A stretch of 64,000 bases of DNA, taken from contig CBDEGZ010000003.1 in the NCBI GenBank assembly GCA_965238175.1, positions 192,001-256,000 on the forward strand, in the 5' to 3' direction. The stretch is from Gammaproteobacteria bacterium (GTDB lineage: Bacteria; Pseudomonadota; Gammaproteobacteria; CAJXQU01). Below the pieces are notes generated by a model, which saw nothing but the letters and a program-made list of their open reading frames with translations, had not been told where the DNA came from and made no database searches. This document shows, in pieces, positions 10,877-19,645 of this stretch (the first letter of the stretch is position 1; each line of letters opens with the position of its first letter). The translations under genes and the position numbers were made by a program.

Positions 10877-11008
10877 GCTTCTTCTCCTCTATGATTATTA
10901 TTGATCTGAGAATCATTCAGTTATTTCTAATGTGTATTTCTATTATGAAACACTTTCTATTTTTTATAATTTTTAGAATTTCATTCAGCACATTACCCTT
11001 TAATAAAA

Positions 11009-12352
11009 CTAACTCCAGGGGAATGGGCTGCTTGAAACGGGGTGTAACTTACCTTCCGCGTATCTTGAAAATCTGAAAGGCTCTAACAAACGCGTTTTTT
11101 CACCTGCAATTTCATTTGCCACCAACTTTCCAACACCCAACATTTTGTATCCATGATTTGAATCTGCAATGAAATAGCAGTTTTCACGAAACACATCGAA
11201 AACTGGAAAACTATCTGGTGTGAAAGCACCAATACCACCCGAAGCTTCTTTCTTATATTTTGCGATAGTTCCTTCGAAACGTTTTTGACAATGAGCCAGC
11301 GCTGAAACCCACATGTGGGCAAATTCATCACCCATTACATAATCGGGCGATTCTGGACCATAAGGATCGACCTGAACCAGATCTGGATCAGTGTCGATTG
11401 GATCAGGAGCCGCACCACCCTGAATGCCACCAAAATTAAAGTCAGGTTTGTAATAAATTCCCCACATCTCATTGCTGATAAGCGAACCATCAACTGTTGA
11501 GTAAAGTGGCGCATCACTATCTACATGTATAACCGGAGGCATCTTGCCGTCGTTGGTTTGTAAAAAACTAGGATCAACACCTAGCGTACCTTCTTGTAAA
11601 GACCAATAGATCCACATGTTGATATCATCATGTACGATGCCATCCGCACCTTTGATAGAAATAGTCTTAGGCAGCTCTAACATATCCCAGAAAACTTTTG
11701 CCCATGGCCCTGCCCCGACGACAATATAATCACAAGCAATTGTCCCTTGATCGGTTTCGACTCCGGTAATGGCACTACTTCCCCCATCACTCTTAAACTC
11801 TTTGACAGTAATACCTGACAGAATTTGTACACCTTCAGCTTCAGCTTTGGCAGCAAGTCCATACATGGCTTTACTGTTGTTTGCATAGCCACCTCTTTTC
11901 TCATGCAACACTGAAGTAATGCCCTGCGCTTGCCAGTCATGAAATATATTTTTCATGTAGTCAGCACTGTCTTTTTCACCTTCAATAAAGGTAGATTCGT
12001 AACCGATATCTTTTTGTTGAGCCGCTATCGTTGCAACATCAGCATGCATACTTTCTGGACTGATCTGCATGTAACCGACAGGGTGGTAACTATAGGCTTC
12101 TGGATCTGATTCCCAGACATCGACACTATGCGCCATCAATTCACGCATTGCGGGCTGGAAGTAATTATTCCGAACTACACCACAAGCAATGCCTGAAGCG
12201 CCTGCTGCTATTCCAGACTTATCAATTATAAGAATATCTTTACCACCTCCTTTACCGCTTGCTTTTAGTTCCAAAGCAAGGTGATAGGCAGTACTCAACC
12301 CATGGATACCTGCACCGACGATCAAATATTTAACATGCACTGGCATTGTCAT
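11009..12352 (-). CDS. FAD-dependent oxidoreductase (DAO / monomeric sarcosine oxidase-like)
   Basis: GAGIHG Rossmann motif, GASGIACGVVR, TPDSFPV, HGYK. Confidence 0.85.
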   Translation of the reverse strand: MTMPVHVKYLIVGAGIHGLSTAYHLALELKASGKGGGKDILIIDKSGIAAGASGIACGVVRNNYFQPAMRELMAHSVDVWESDPEAYSYHPVGYMQISPESMHADVATIAAQQKDIGYESTFIEGEKDSADYMKNIFHDWQAQGITSVLHEKRGGYANNSKAMYGLAAKAEAEGVQILSGITVKEFKSDGGSSAITGVETDQGTIACDYIVVGAGPWAKVFWDMLELPKTISIKGADGIVHDDINMWIYWSLQEGTLGVDPSFLQTNDGKMPPVIHVDSDAPLYSTVDGSLISNEMWGIYYKPDFNFGGIQGGAAPDPIDTDPDLVQVDPYGPESPDYVMGDEFAHMWVSALAHCQKRFEGTIAKYKKEASGGIGAFTPDSFPVFDVFRENCYFIADSNHGYKMLGVGKLVANEIAGEKTRLLEPFRFSRYAEGKLHPVSSSPFPWS

Positions 12353-12500
12353 GCTCTAAAATCCTCTATCTTGAATCTGTAAATATTTAGTAAACTGAGA
12401 CACTTAAATGACCCAGCACCTTTTGTGTTAGTCAGGGGAAACCTGTTGTTACCGGGTAGCTAACATGTCGAGAAGTATCTGCCTCCATAATCGCAGAAAC

Positions 12501-12517
12501 AATTCCTCATAGTGAAT
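12501..12517. promoter_or_regulatory. Candidate transcription-factor site of the methylamine cluster
   Basis: AATTCCTCATAGTGAAT; similar 17-mers occur at 14940-14956 and 5477-5493 (reverse strand). Confidence 0.45.
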
Positions 12518-12622
12518 ACCAAATTATGGGTAGATTTGAAGATTGGCTAGAGATTAACTAGAACAACTCAATCTTCCTACTATCGAGCAAAAATATATGA
12601 TGAAGTAAATCTAGAATAGCTT

Positions 12623-13060
12623 TTATATACTCTCCATACTTTCTGGATGTTGTTCGAGATCGTCTACGATCTGATAATAGTCTCCAGCGACTGAGACATA
12701 AACATGCTTCACAGTGCTTAACCCCGTTGGCTTATCCAAACTTCCAGCAGAAATACATAAGTAGTCTTTATCGTATGGATCCCAAAATAAACTTGACCCA
12801 CATGCATAACAAAAACCTCTTCTTGCATTACTGGAGGATTCATACCAACTGAGCCCACGGTCTTCGATCATGGTGATCTGTTCTCGTTTTGCGGCTGTGT
12901 AAGCAGCGTAATGACCATGAGATTTACGACATTGTTCACAATGACAATTCACAACCTCACGTAGTTGTCCCGTAATTTCATACTTGATCGATCCACACAA
13001 ACAACTACCAGAATAATGATTTACTTTTTTAGGATCCGTTATGCTTTTAGAATCAGTCAT
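12623..13060 (-). CDS. GFA (glutathione-dependent formaldehyde-activating / CENP-V) family protein
   Basis: GSCLCG, CHCEQCRK and RGFCYACGSSLF cysteine motifs. Confidence 0.88.
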   Translation of the reverse strand: MTDSKSITDPKKVNHYSGSCLCGSIKYEITGQLREVVNCHCEQCRKSHGHYAAYTAAKREQITMIEDRGLSWYESSSNARRGFCYACGSSLFWDPYDKDYLCISAGSLDKPTGLSTVKHVYVSVAGDYYQIVDDLEQHPESMESI

Positions 13061-14031
13061 TGTTTTTGTTTCATTTTTTTAGATAATAATGCTGTTATTC
13101 TCGGCAATATTTTGTATAAATCACCAACAAGCGCATAATCTGCGACACGCATTATGGGTGCATTTTGATCAGAATTGATTGCCATAATTCGCTGACAATT
13201 TTTTAACCCTGTCATATGTTGCTTGGCGCCGGAAATCCCACAGGCAATATAAAGTGAAGGTGATACACAACTCGCACTTTGACCGATCAATAATTCTCTT
13301 GGTGCGACATCACTTTCTACTGCACCGAGAGACACACCGATGGAGGCGCCTAGTTGTTCAGCCAACGCTTCAAGCAATTTCATATCCTGACTTTCTTTAA
13401 ATCCTCGCCCTGCTGAAACAATAATCTCTGCATCATTGAGACAAGGATATTTGGAAGTACCTGCTATAATATGATCGAGTTTGATCTGTGCTTCATAGCC
13501 TTTAATCTTGATCGGGACAATTTCTATTTCATCACAATTATCCATTTCACTATGACTGATTTTTTCGGATCCAACCAATGCTCTTGATTCAACAAGAATA
13601 AATCTTGGTATTGGCCCGATCATTTCAACATCCACCAGACACTCACTGGCATATATAGTTTTTGTTGCAATAAGCGACTCTTCTGTTAATTCAAAACCAA
13701 TAACCCCAGTAGCCAAAGCCGAATTAAATAGTGCAGATAATCGAGGAAAAACATCCTTTACTATTGTTGCTGAACCCGTAAAGATATAGTCATAATTTTC
13801 AGTTTTAATAAAATCAGACAATATCCTCGCATAGATCTCTGGATCTTTAATTTCAGATAATAAGGTCTGGATCAAGTTGACACGTCTTACACCATGTTTC
13901 TTTAATTTTTTTATATGCGCTTTTTCAACGTTGCCACTACTTAAAATTTCCAGATGATATTGCGATACATGACTTAATATTTCAAAGCTCAGCTCGTCTA
14001 TTGTTTCTGCAAAAATTAATACCTTGATCAT
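13057..14031 (-). CDS. etfA: Electron transfer flavoprotein alpha subunit
   Basis: AEIIVSAGRG, IGQS, LYIACGISGAKQH, AINSD.NAPI. Confidence 0.88.
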   Translation of the reverse strand: MIKVLIFAETIDELSFEILSHVSQYHLEILSSGNVEKAHIKKLKKHGVRRVNLIQTLLSEIKDPEIYARILSDFIKTENYDYIFTGSATIVKDVFPRLSALFNSALATGVIGFELTEESLIATKTIYASECLVDVEMIGPIPRFILVESRALVGSEKISHSEMDNCDEIEIVPIKIKGYEAQIKLDHIIAGTSKYPCLNDAEIIVSAGRGFKESQDMKLLEALAEQLGASIGVSLGAVESDVAPRELLIGQSASCVSPSLYIACGISGAKQHMTGLKNCQRIMAINSDQNAPIMRVADYALVGDLYKILPRITALLSKKMKQKQ

Positions 14032-14040
14032 TCGTTACTC

Positions 14041-14832
14041 TTAATCTTGAAAACTCCGAACTTCTTTAAGTAGTACATCGACAACTTCATTTAATAAAAC
14101 GTCTTCTTCATCGTTGGCAAATTTGAATACCTTTCCTGCTTTTCTAATGGGCATCGGTCTGAAATTTTTATAGCGAAGACGCTGATCATTTTTTTTAACA
14201 CCCACCTCTTTAAGGCTCATCTCAACGATCACTTCTTTCTCAGCCCTTTTAATATGTGGTAGGGGTGCATAACGAGGTTCAACGATGCCATATGAACATG
14301 CGAGTAATATTGGTTCTGAAGTCTTGTAAACTTCAATATTTCCTCCATCACCTTGTCTATTGATTTTCGCAGCTTGATCATCCATTGAAATTTCAATGAC
14401 GCGCGTAATTGCAGGCAAATCTATCATCTGTGCTAATAACTGAGGGACTTGTTGATTCTGATTATCGTATGAGATATTGCCACACAAGATTAGGTCAGGA
14501 TCTTCACACTGGCTTTTTATAACACTTGCCAGGGCCTTGGCAATTCGGAAAGGATCAAGCACTTCATTTGAGGTAACGAGAATGGCTTTATTCACACCCA
14601 TCGCTAATGCCGAAATCAGCGCTTCCTGCTTCTCTTTACTTCCCACTCTTATCGCTGTCACTGTACTACCGGGAACTTTCTCACAAATTTGCAGAGCCTG
14701 TTCAACAACACATTCATCTTCTGGACTTAGTGTCCAATAAATATCTTGCTCTTCAATAGACTGACCATTCTCAGTAGGGATAATTTGACAGTGAGATTCT
14801 GGAACTTGCTTTATACAAACAATAATATTCAT
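14041..14832 (-). CDS. etfB: Electron transfer flavoprotein beta subunit
   Basis: MNIIVCIKQVP start (ATG at 14832), ALAMG, DLILCG, EPRYA. Confidence 0.88.
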   Translation of the reverse strand: MNIIVCIKQVPESHCQIIPTENGQSIEEQDIYWTLSPEDECVVEQALQICEKVPGSTVTAIRVGSKEKQEALISALAMGVNKAILVTSNEVLDPFRIAKALASVIKSQCEDPDLILCGNISYDNQNQQVPQLLAQMIDLPAITRVIEISMDDQAAKINRQGDGGNIEVYKTSEPILLACSYGIVEPRYAPLPHIKRAEKEVIVEMSLKEVGVKKNDQRLRYKNFRPMPIRKAGKVFKFANDEEDVLLNEVVDVLLKEVRSFQD

Positions 14833-14939
14833 ACGGTAACGTTCACTCAATAACGTCAACCTCTAACTAAATTTTGATTACTAAACATTAACTAGATCGA
14901 AAAAAATGTAAATATTACTTATCGGATACTCATAAGGGG

Positions 14940-14956
14940 TTACACCACGAGGTATA
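14940..14956. promoter_or_regulatory. Candidate transcription-factor site in the etfB/folD divergent region
   Basis: Reverse complement TATACCTCGTGGTGTAA matches the 12501 site; related degenerate copies flank it. Confidence 0.45.
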
Positions 14957-15020
14957 TATTTTGAAATAATCACTCGTGGTATCGTGCGCGCACTATAAAC
15001 CTACTATATGTGACTAATAC

Positions 15021-15929
15021 ATGACTGCAACAATACTTGATGGGAAAATTGTTAGTAAAGAAATACTTGCTGATGTTGCAAACTCCGTTGAATCTTTAAA
15101 AGCTGAAGGGTGGACGTCACGATTAATTTCAATAAAGATTGGAGACGATCCTGCGGTTGAGCTTTATATACGTAATCAACGAAAGAAAGCTGAACAAGTA
15201 GGCATTGAGTTTATCGAGAAATCATTTCCAGCGAATATTAGTTTAGATGAAATGAAAACCTCAATTTATTTGTTGAATGCTGATCCACGTGTAACAGGTA
15301 TAATTCTGCAGCGCCCGGTTCCAGATCATTTACATATAAAAGAATTACAGAATGCTATTCATCCATTAAAAGATGTCGAAGGAATGCATCCAAATTCGAT
15401 CGGTAATATTGTTTATAAAGATCTCGAAATTGGCCCCTGTACTGCAATGGCATCGGTAGAATTATTGAAAAAAACCGGATTAAAATTAGAAGGCTTAGAA
15501 GTCACTGTTATTGGCCATTCTGAAATAGTAGGAAAACCAATCGCCTTCTTATTAATGGCAGAGGGAGCAACTGTAACGGTATGTCATCACATGACAAGAG
15601 ACGTACTCATACATTCTAAACGTGCAGATGCGGTCTTTGTCGCTGTCGGAAAACCTTCATTAGTAACCGCGGAGCTTCTAAAACCAGGAGCAGCACTGAT
15701 AGATATCGGTATCAACCGGATCAAAGATGCAGAGGGTAAATCAGTGACCGTAGGTGACAGTGATTATGAATCGTGTAGTCAAGTTGCTGGTTGGATTACA
15801 CCCGTTCCTGGAGGGGTCGGGCCTGTAACAGTTTCGATACTTATGCGTAATACGCTTGCTGCCACAAGACGCCTAAAGTCACACTACGAAACTCAATTTT
15901 CATTATCTTCAACTGAGAATATTGCATAG
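15021..15929 (+). CDS. folD: Methylenetetrahydrofolate dehydrogenase/cyclohydrolase
   Basis: KDVEGMHP, PCT, GHSEIVGKP, ITPVPGGVGPVTV. Confidence 0.93.
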   Translation: MTATILDGKIVSKEILADVANSVESLKAEGWTSRLISIKIGDDPAVELYIRNQRKKAEQVGIEFIEKSFPANISLDEMKTSIYLLNADPRVTGIILQRPVPDHLHIKELQNAIHPLKDVEGMHPNSIGNIVYKDLEIGPCTAMASVELLKKTGLKLEGLEVTVIGHSEIVGKPIAFLLMAEGATVTVCHHMTRDVLIHSKRADAVFVAVGKPSLVTAELLKPGAALIDIGINRIKDAEGKSVTVGDSDYESCSQVAGWITPVPGGVGPVTVSILMRNTLAATRRLKSHYETQFSLSSTENIA

Positions 15930-15937
15930 TTCGCCTG

Positions 15938-16723
15938 TTACCTTTGACCTTTAGTTTTACGACGGAGACGATTTTCTTTATGAGCCATAATTTCTCGCAC
16001 CAATTTTTTATCTTCTGAAGACAACTTTAATATTCCTCTGTAAATCATAAAAAACCTGAGGCGTTGAGTCTGTGATAAAAATAAAGGAGCTTTTTTATCT
16101 AGGTTTGCTAAGTCTTTAATTTGACGGTATTGCAGCAGTGGCCAAGTTAAGCGTTTACCTGAAGGACAATCTATTAGAAAAATTCTTGGTTCATTATTTT
16201 GATCGTCCTGGACTAAAATATTTCTCCAATGCAAATCGTTATGACAAAACCGTTTTTTATGTAACTTTAAAGTTATTTCGACTATTTGAGAAAAAACTGT
16301 ATTACGCCAGTAAACATTCTTTAATTTTTCAGGTGTGTTTTGTAGAATTGATAAGAGATCTTTTGATTTTTCAACTCCTTCTGTAATTAATACCCCTTTC
16401 ATTGTTCTAAAAAAAATACTTTTTTCGCCTATAGCAACAACTTTTGCTGAAGGAATATTTTGTTGGTTGAACCATTGTTGGTTTCGAACTTCGACACGAA
16501 AACGTGAAAGCCCTAACCAACTCCGGATATTGGTTGATCGAAAATATCGCTTGATGTAAAAAGTTTCTCCTTCGATATCGTAAGCAAATATTTCGCTTTG
16601 GTTACTCCTGGAAATTATGTTGCCCGGCAATTTAAATACATCCTCTAAAGAGGCAAAGTGGGAGGTTATCTTTATTTGATCCCAGGGTGAAAAAACGATC
16701 CATTTTTTGAAGATAGGAAACAT
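15938..16723 (-). CDS. LPS kinase (Kdo/WaaP/InaA family)
   Basis: YIKRY, HNDLHWRNILV, FLIDCP, KDLANLD; start placed at MFPIF just after the waaG stop. Confidence 0.82.
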   Translation of the reverse strand: MFPIFKKWIVFSPWDQIKITSHFASLEDVFKLPGNIISRSNQSEIFAYDIEGETFYIKRYFRSTNIRSWLGLSRFRVEVRNQQWFNQQNIPSAKVVAIGEKSIFFRTMKGVLITEGVEKSKDLLSILQNTPEKLKNVYWRNTVFSQIVEITLKLHKKRFCHNDLHWRNILVQDDQNNEPRIFLIDCPSGKRLTWPLLQYRQIKDLANLDKKAPLFLSQTQRLRFFMIYRGILKLSSEDKKLVREIMAHKENRLRRKTKGQR

Positions 16724-16727
16724 AATT

Positions 16728-17858
16728 TCAGTTTGAATTTTCCAAAATGATTTTTTCAATAACTTCCAGAACTCTTTCCGGCATACTATATAAGTCCGCC
16801 TCCGCAGCATATAATAAACAATTCTTAGACCACTCTGTTAAATGCTCAGTTTGTAGCATTTGCATTAATTTTTGATTCAGATCATTTTGATCAAAAGGTG
16901 AAGGAACAACTAAGCCTGATTTGGATTTTTCTACATGTTTTTTATATCCGCACACTTCTGTTATAAGAACTGGTAGTCCGGCTACAACGGCTTCGAGGAT
17001 AACTGTACCAGTGTTTTCTTTCCTTGCTGGATGAACTAACAAATCGGCACCGAGTAAAAATCGAGGTATGTCCGTTCGGCCACCCAAAAAGTGTATGTTG
17101 TTTTCTATTGAGTTTTGTTTTAATAATTTTTTATAAGGTCGAGAACTTCCTTCACCAACAATAAATAAATGAGTTTTACAGAGCAGATCATTTGGAAGTG
17201 ATGCTAGCGCACTAATCGCCCGATCTACACCTTTTGTTTTAAAACCTGTACCGATCAGTAATAACAAAAATTCATCGTTTTCTATTTCAAATTCTTTGCG
17301 CATGTTTTGACGTATTTCAAACCAGTTCTCGGGTCGTTTTCTACTTTTGCCAATTCCTGGCGGAAGGTCTATTAAGCGATGATCTGGTGTGTTGTAATTT
17401 TTTTTAAATAGATCTCGTTGAATATCTGAAATCATCAAAGTGATAGTTTTACTTTCAGGACCAAATACGGCTCTTTCACATTCAGTATAAAACTTGACTC
17501 GCTTTGAAAATTGTTGGAAAAAATATCCTTTTTGATTTTTTATCCGATCAAGATAACAAGGATCTGCAGCATAATAAAGATCGAGCTCTGGAATTTTATT
17601 AAAACCTATCACTAAATCATAAGTATTATTTTTTAGGTGAGATATTTGATCAATAAACGAGTTAACTTTACTGTGATTCGTAAAACCATTTGTAGAAATT
17701 ATGTGAACGTTAAAACCATCGGGTATTTCACCATGCCACTCCATTACATATACATCGATCGTATAATTCTTATCCTTACAAAGAGACATAATGCTCAAAA
17801 AATCACGAGCCAACCCACCAAAAGGAAAATACTTGTATAAACAAACAGCTAGTTTCAT
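16728..17858 (-). CDS. waaG: LPS core glucosyltransferase (GT4)
   Basis: YKYFPFGGLARDF, GFNKIP.LDLYYAAD, HPARKENTGTVILEA. Confidence 0.85.
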   Translation of the reverse strand: MKLAVCLYKYFPFGGLARDFLSIMSLCKDKNYTIDVYVMEWHGEIPDGFNVHIISTNGFTNHSKVNSFIDQISHLKNNTYDLVIGFNKIPELDLYYAADPCYLDRIKNQKGYFFQQFSKRVKFYTECERAVFGPESKTITLMISDIQRDLFKKNYNTPDHRLIDLPPGIGKSRKRPENWFEIRQNMRKEFEIENDEFLLLLIGTGFKTKGVDRAISALASLPNDLLCKTHLFIVGEGSSRPYKKLLKQNSIENNIHFLGGRTDIPRFLLGADLLVHPARKENTGTVILEAVVAGLPVLITEVCGYKKHVEKSKSGLVVPSPFDQNDLNQKLMQMLQTEHLTEWSKNCLLYAAEADLYSMPERVLEVIEKIILENSN

Positions 17859-17867
17859 TTTTTAACT

Positions 17868-18860
17868 TTAATCTGTCGGTTGATTGTTTTCGAGAACAGT
17901 TAAAATTTTATTGAAAACGATTTGAATATCATAATAATCTGTTACTCTCTTTTTGCCAGAGGTTCCCATTTCTGCACACATACTTTTATCCGCAGCTAAT
18001 AAACAAATTTTTTCAACCCATTGCTTAGGTGAAGTAACTAGATAGCCAGATTCATTATCAATCACTGCTTCACTATTTACGCCAACATCTGAAGAAACCA
18101 CGGGCAATCCTGCTGCCATATATTGCAAAATTTTTAATGCGCATTTCCCACGTGTCCAATTATTATCAGGCATAGGCGCCAAGCCAATATGAGATGAAAC
18201 CAGTTCAAGAGCTTCAGATTGTTCACTCCATGGAATATTCAGGGCGGGTATGTTTGTATCTGTCAGTTCAAAATCCGCGATGATTTTTAAACGAAGACGA
18301 GGATCATTTTTTACGGCTTGTTCCAACGCAGGAAGAATATCAAGTAAATACTTTGACGTGGAGCGACTCCCTATCCAAACAAGATCTATATGCTTATCAG
18401 ATTTTTTAACCGACAAGTTATATTTAGCTACATCCAGACTAGTAGGAATATTAGTAACAGCTTGATTAAATTTGAGTGATTGTTTTGTAAGGGATAGATT
18501 ACCAGCAAATATATGGTCACTAAATTTTGTCATATGTTTGAAATACTTCATGCGAGTCTTTGAATTAGATCCGTCACTTTTACAAAAAATAGCATCATCT
18601 AGATCAAAAATTAATTTTTTTGAAGTTAAGCGTAAAAGTATCACCAGTAAAAAAGGAAATGTCTTTCTAATAACAACAACGATATCAGCCTGTTTTATTA
18701 ATTTAAATGTATTGAAGTAAGCACGTATGCCACCTGAAAAAATAGCATGTTGAGGTTTATAATCCTGTTCTTGTAAGAGGGGAAAATATTGAGATGCACG
18801 ATAGCGGGTAGATGGTGAGTCTAGACTCTTTGATATAAATACTATAATTTGTGAATTCAC
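17868..18860 (-). CDS. Glycosyltransferase family 4
   Basis: FDLDDAIF, WIGS, GKCALKILQYMAAGLPVVSSDVG. Confidence 0.85.
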   Translation of the reverse strand: MNSQIIVFISKSLDSPSTRYRASQYFPLLQEQDYKPQHAIFSGGIRAYFNTFKLIKQADIVVVIRKTFPFLLVILLRLTSKKLIFDLDDAIFCKSDGSNSKTRMKYFKHMTKFSDHIFAGNLSLTKQSLKFNQAVTNIPTSLDVAKYNLSVKKSDKHIDLVWIGSRSTSKYLLDILPALEQAVKNDPRLRLKIIADFELTDTNIPALNIPWSEQSEALELVSSHIGLAPMPDNNWTRGKCALKILQYMAAGLPVVSSDVGVNSEAVIDNESGYLVTSPKQWVEKICLLAADKSMCAEMGTSGKKRVTDYYDIQIVFNKILTVLENNQPTD

Positions 18861-18874
18861 GAATATTTTTTAGC

Positions 18875-19624
18875 TCAATTGTTAGTAATGAATTTTTTCC
18901 TAAAGGATCTTTTTAATCTAGATAAAAGATCATCCGAAGGCCATTGAGTATGCGCTATCAATTGATGGCGACGTCTTGGTAGTTGTTCAACCAAATAGCC
19001 TGCTGACTCAATCTTCTTGCTAAAAGAAATCTCTGCTGCAATTGCTGTTTGATAGTCATTTGTAACCTGGTAGCCATTAACTTTTACTAATAAACTCCGT
19101 TTGACAAATTGTACGACCGTGGTTACATGGGCGGCATTCTCCCCAGGCTCGATTCCCCATGAGCATAAAACTTCATGGTAGTAAGTGGCATTTTTTTTCT
19201 TTTTGTTTGATACATTTCCTGTGGAATCATTCATTAAGTATCTCCAAGGTTTTGCCCAACTCTTATGATAGTTCTCACCAAGAAGCCCAATTGAATCGCT
19301 ACTTTTATAGTATTCAATATACTTTTTTAGCCAATTTTTTTTTCGCATGTAACATTCATCTTGCAAGAAAAGATAATAATCATACTTTGGTAATTTTCGC
19401 CAAGCATAGTCCCAGGCACCAATATTAAAGCCAATATTTTCTCTGATTAAAATATGATTAAACTTCACAGACAATTGCTTAGGCAATTTAAAATTCATTC
19501 CGTTGACACATAAACAAAGATCATATGCAATACCTGCTGGGTATTTTTCCATTGTTTCTAACAATCGCTCTAAATAATCTAATGGGTGTTTATCCCAAGT
19601 GGATATGATAACAGCTATGGCCAT
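18875..19624 (-). CDS. Putative glycosyltransferase (GT-A-like)
   Basis: RENIGFNIGAW and YLFLQDEC motifs; located in the LPS operon. Confidence 0.55.
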   Translation of the reverse strand: MAIAVIISTWDKHPLDYLERLLETMEKYPAGIAYDLCLCVNGMNFKLPKQLSVKFNHILIRENIGFNIGAWDYAWRKLPKYDYYLFLQDECYMRKKNWLKKYIEYYKSSDSIGLLGENYHKSWAKPWRYLMNDSTGNVSNKKKKNATYYHEVLCSWGIEPGENAAHVTTVVQFVKRSLLVKVNGYQVTNDYQTAIAAEISFSKKIESAGYLVEQLPRRRHQLIAHTQWPSDDLLSRLKRSFRKKFITNN

Positions 19625-19645
19625 CTGTAAACTAAAGCTTTTTTA

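Noticed and set aside
1858-11940. Many short antisense or alternative-frame ORFs over the sox/mgs/gmaS genes (and similar ones elsewhere)
   Set aside because: They lie inside well-supported genes and have no motifs or RBS.
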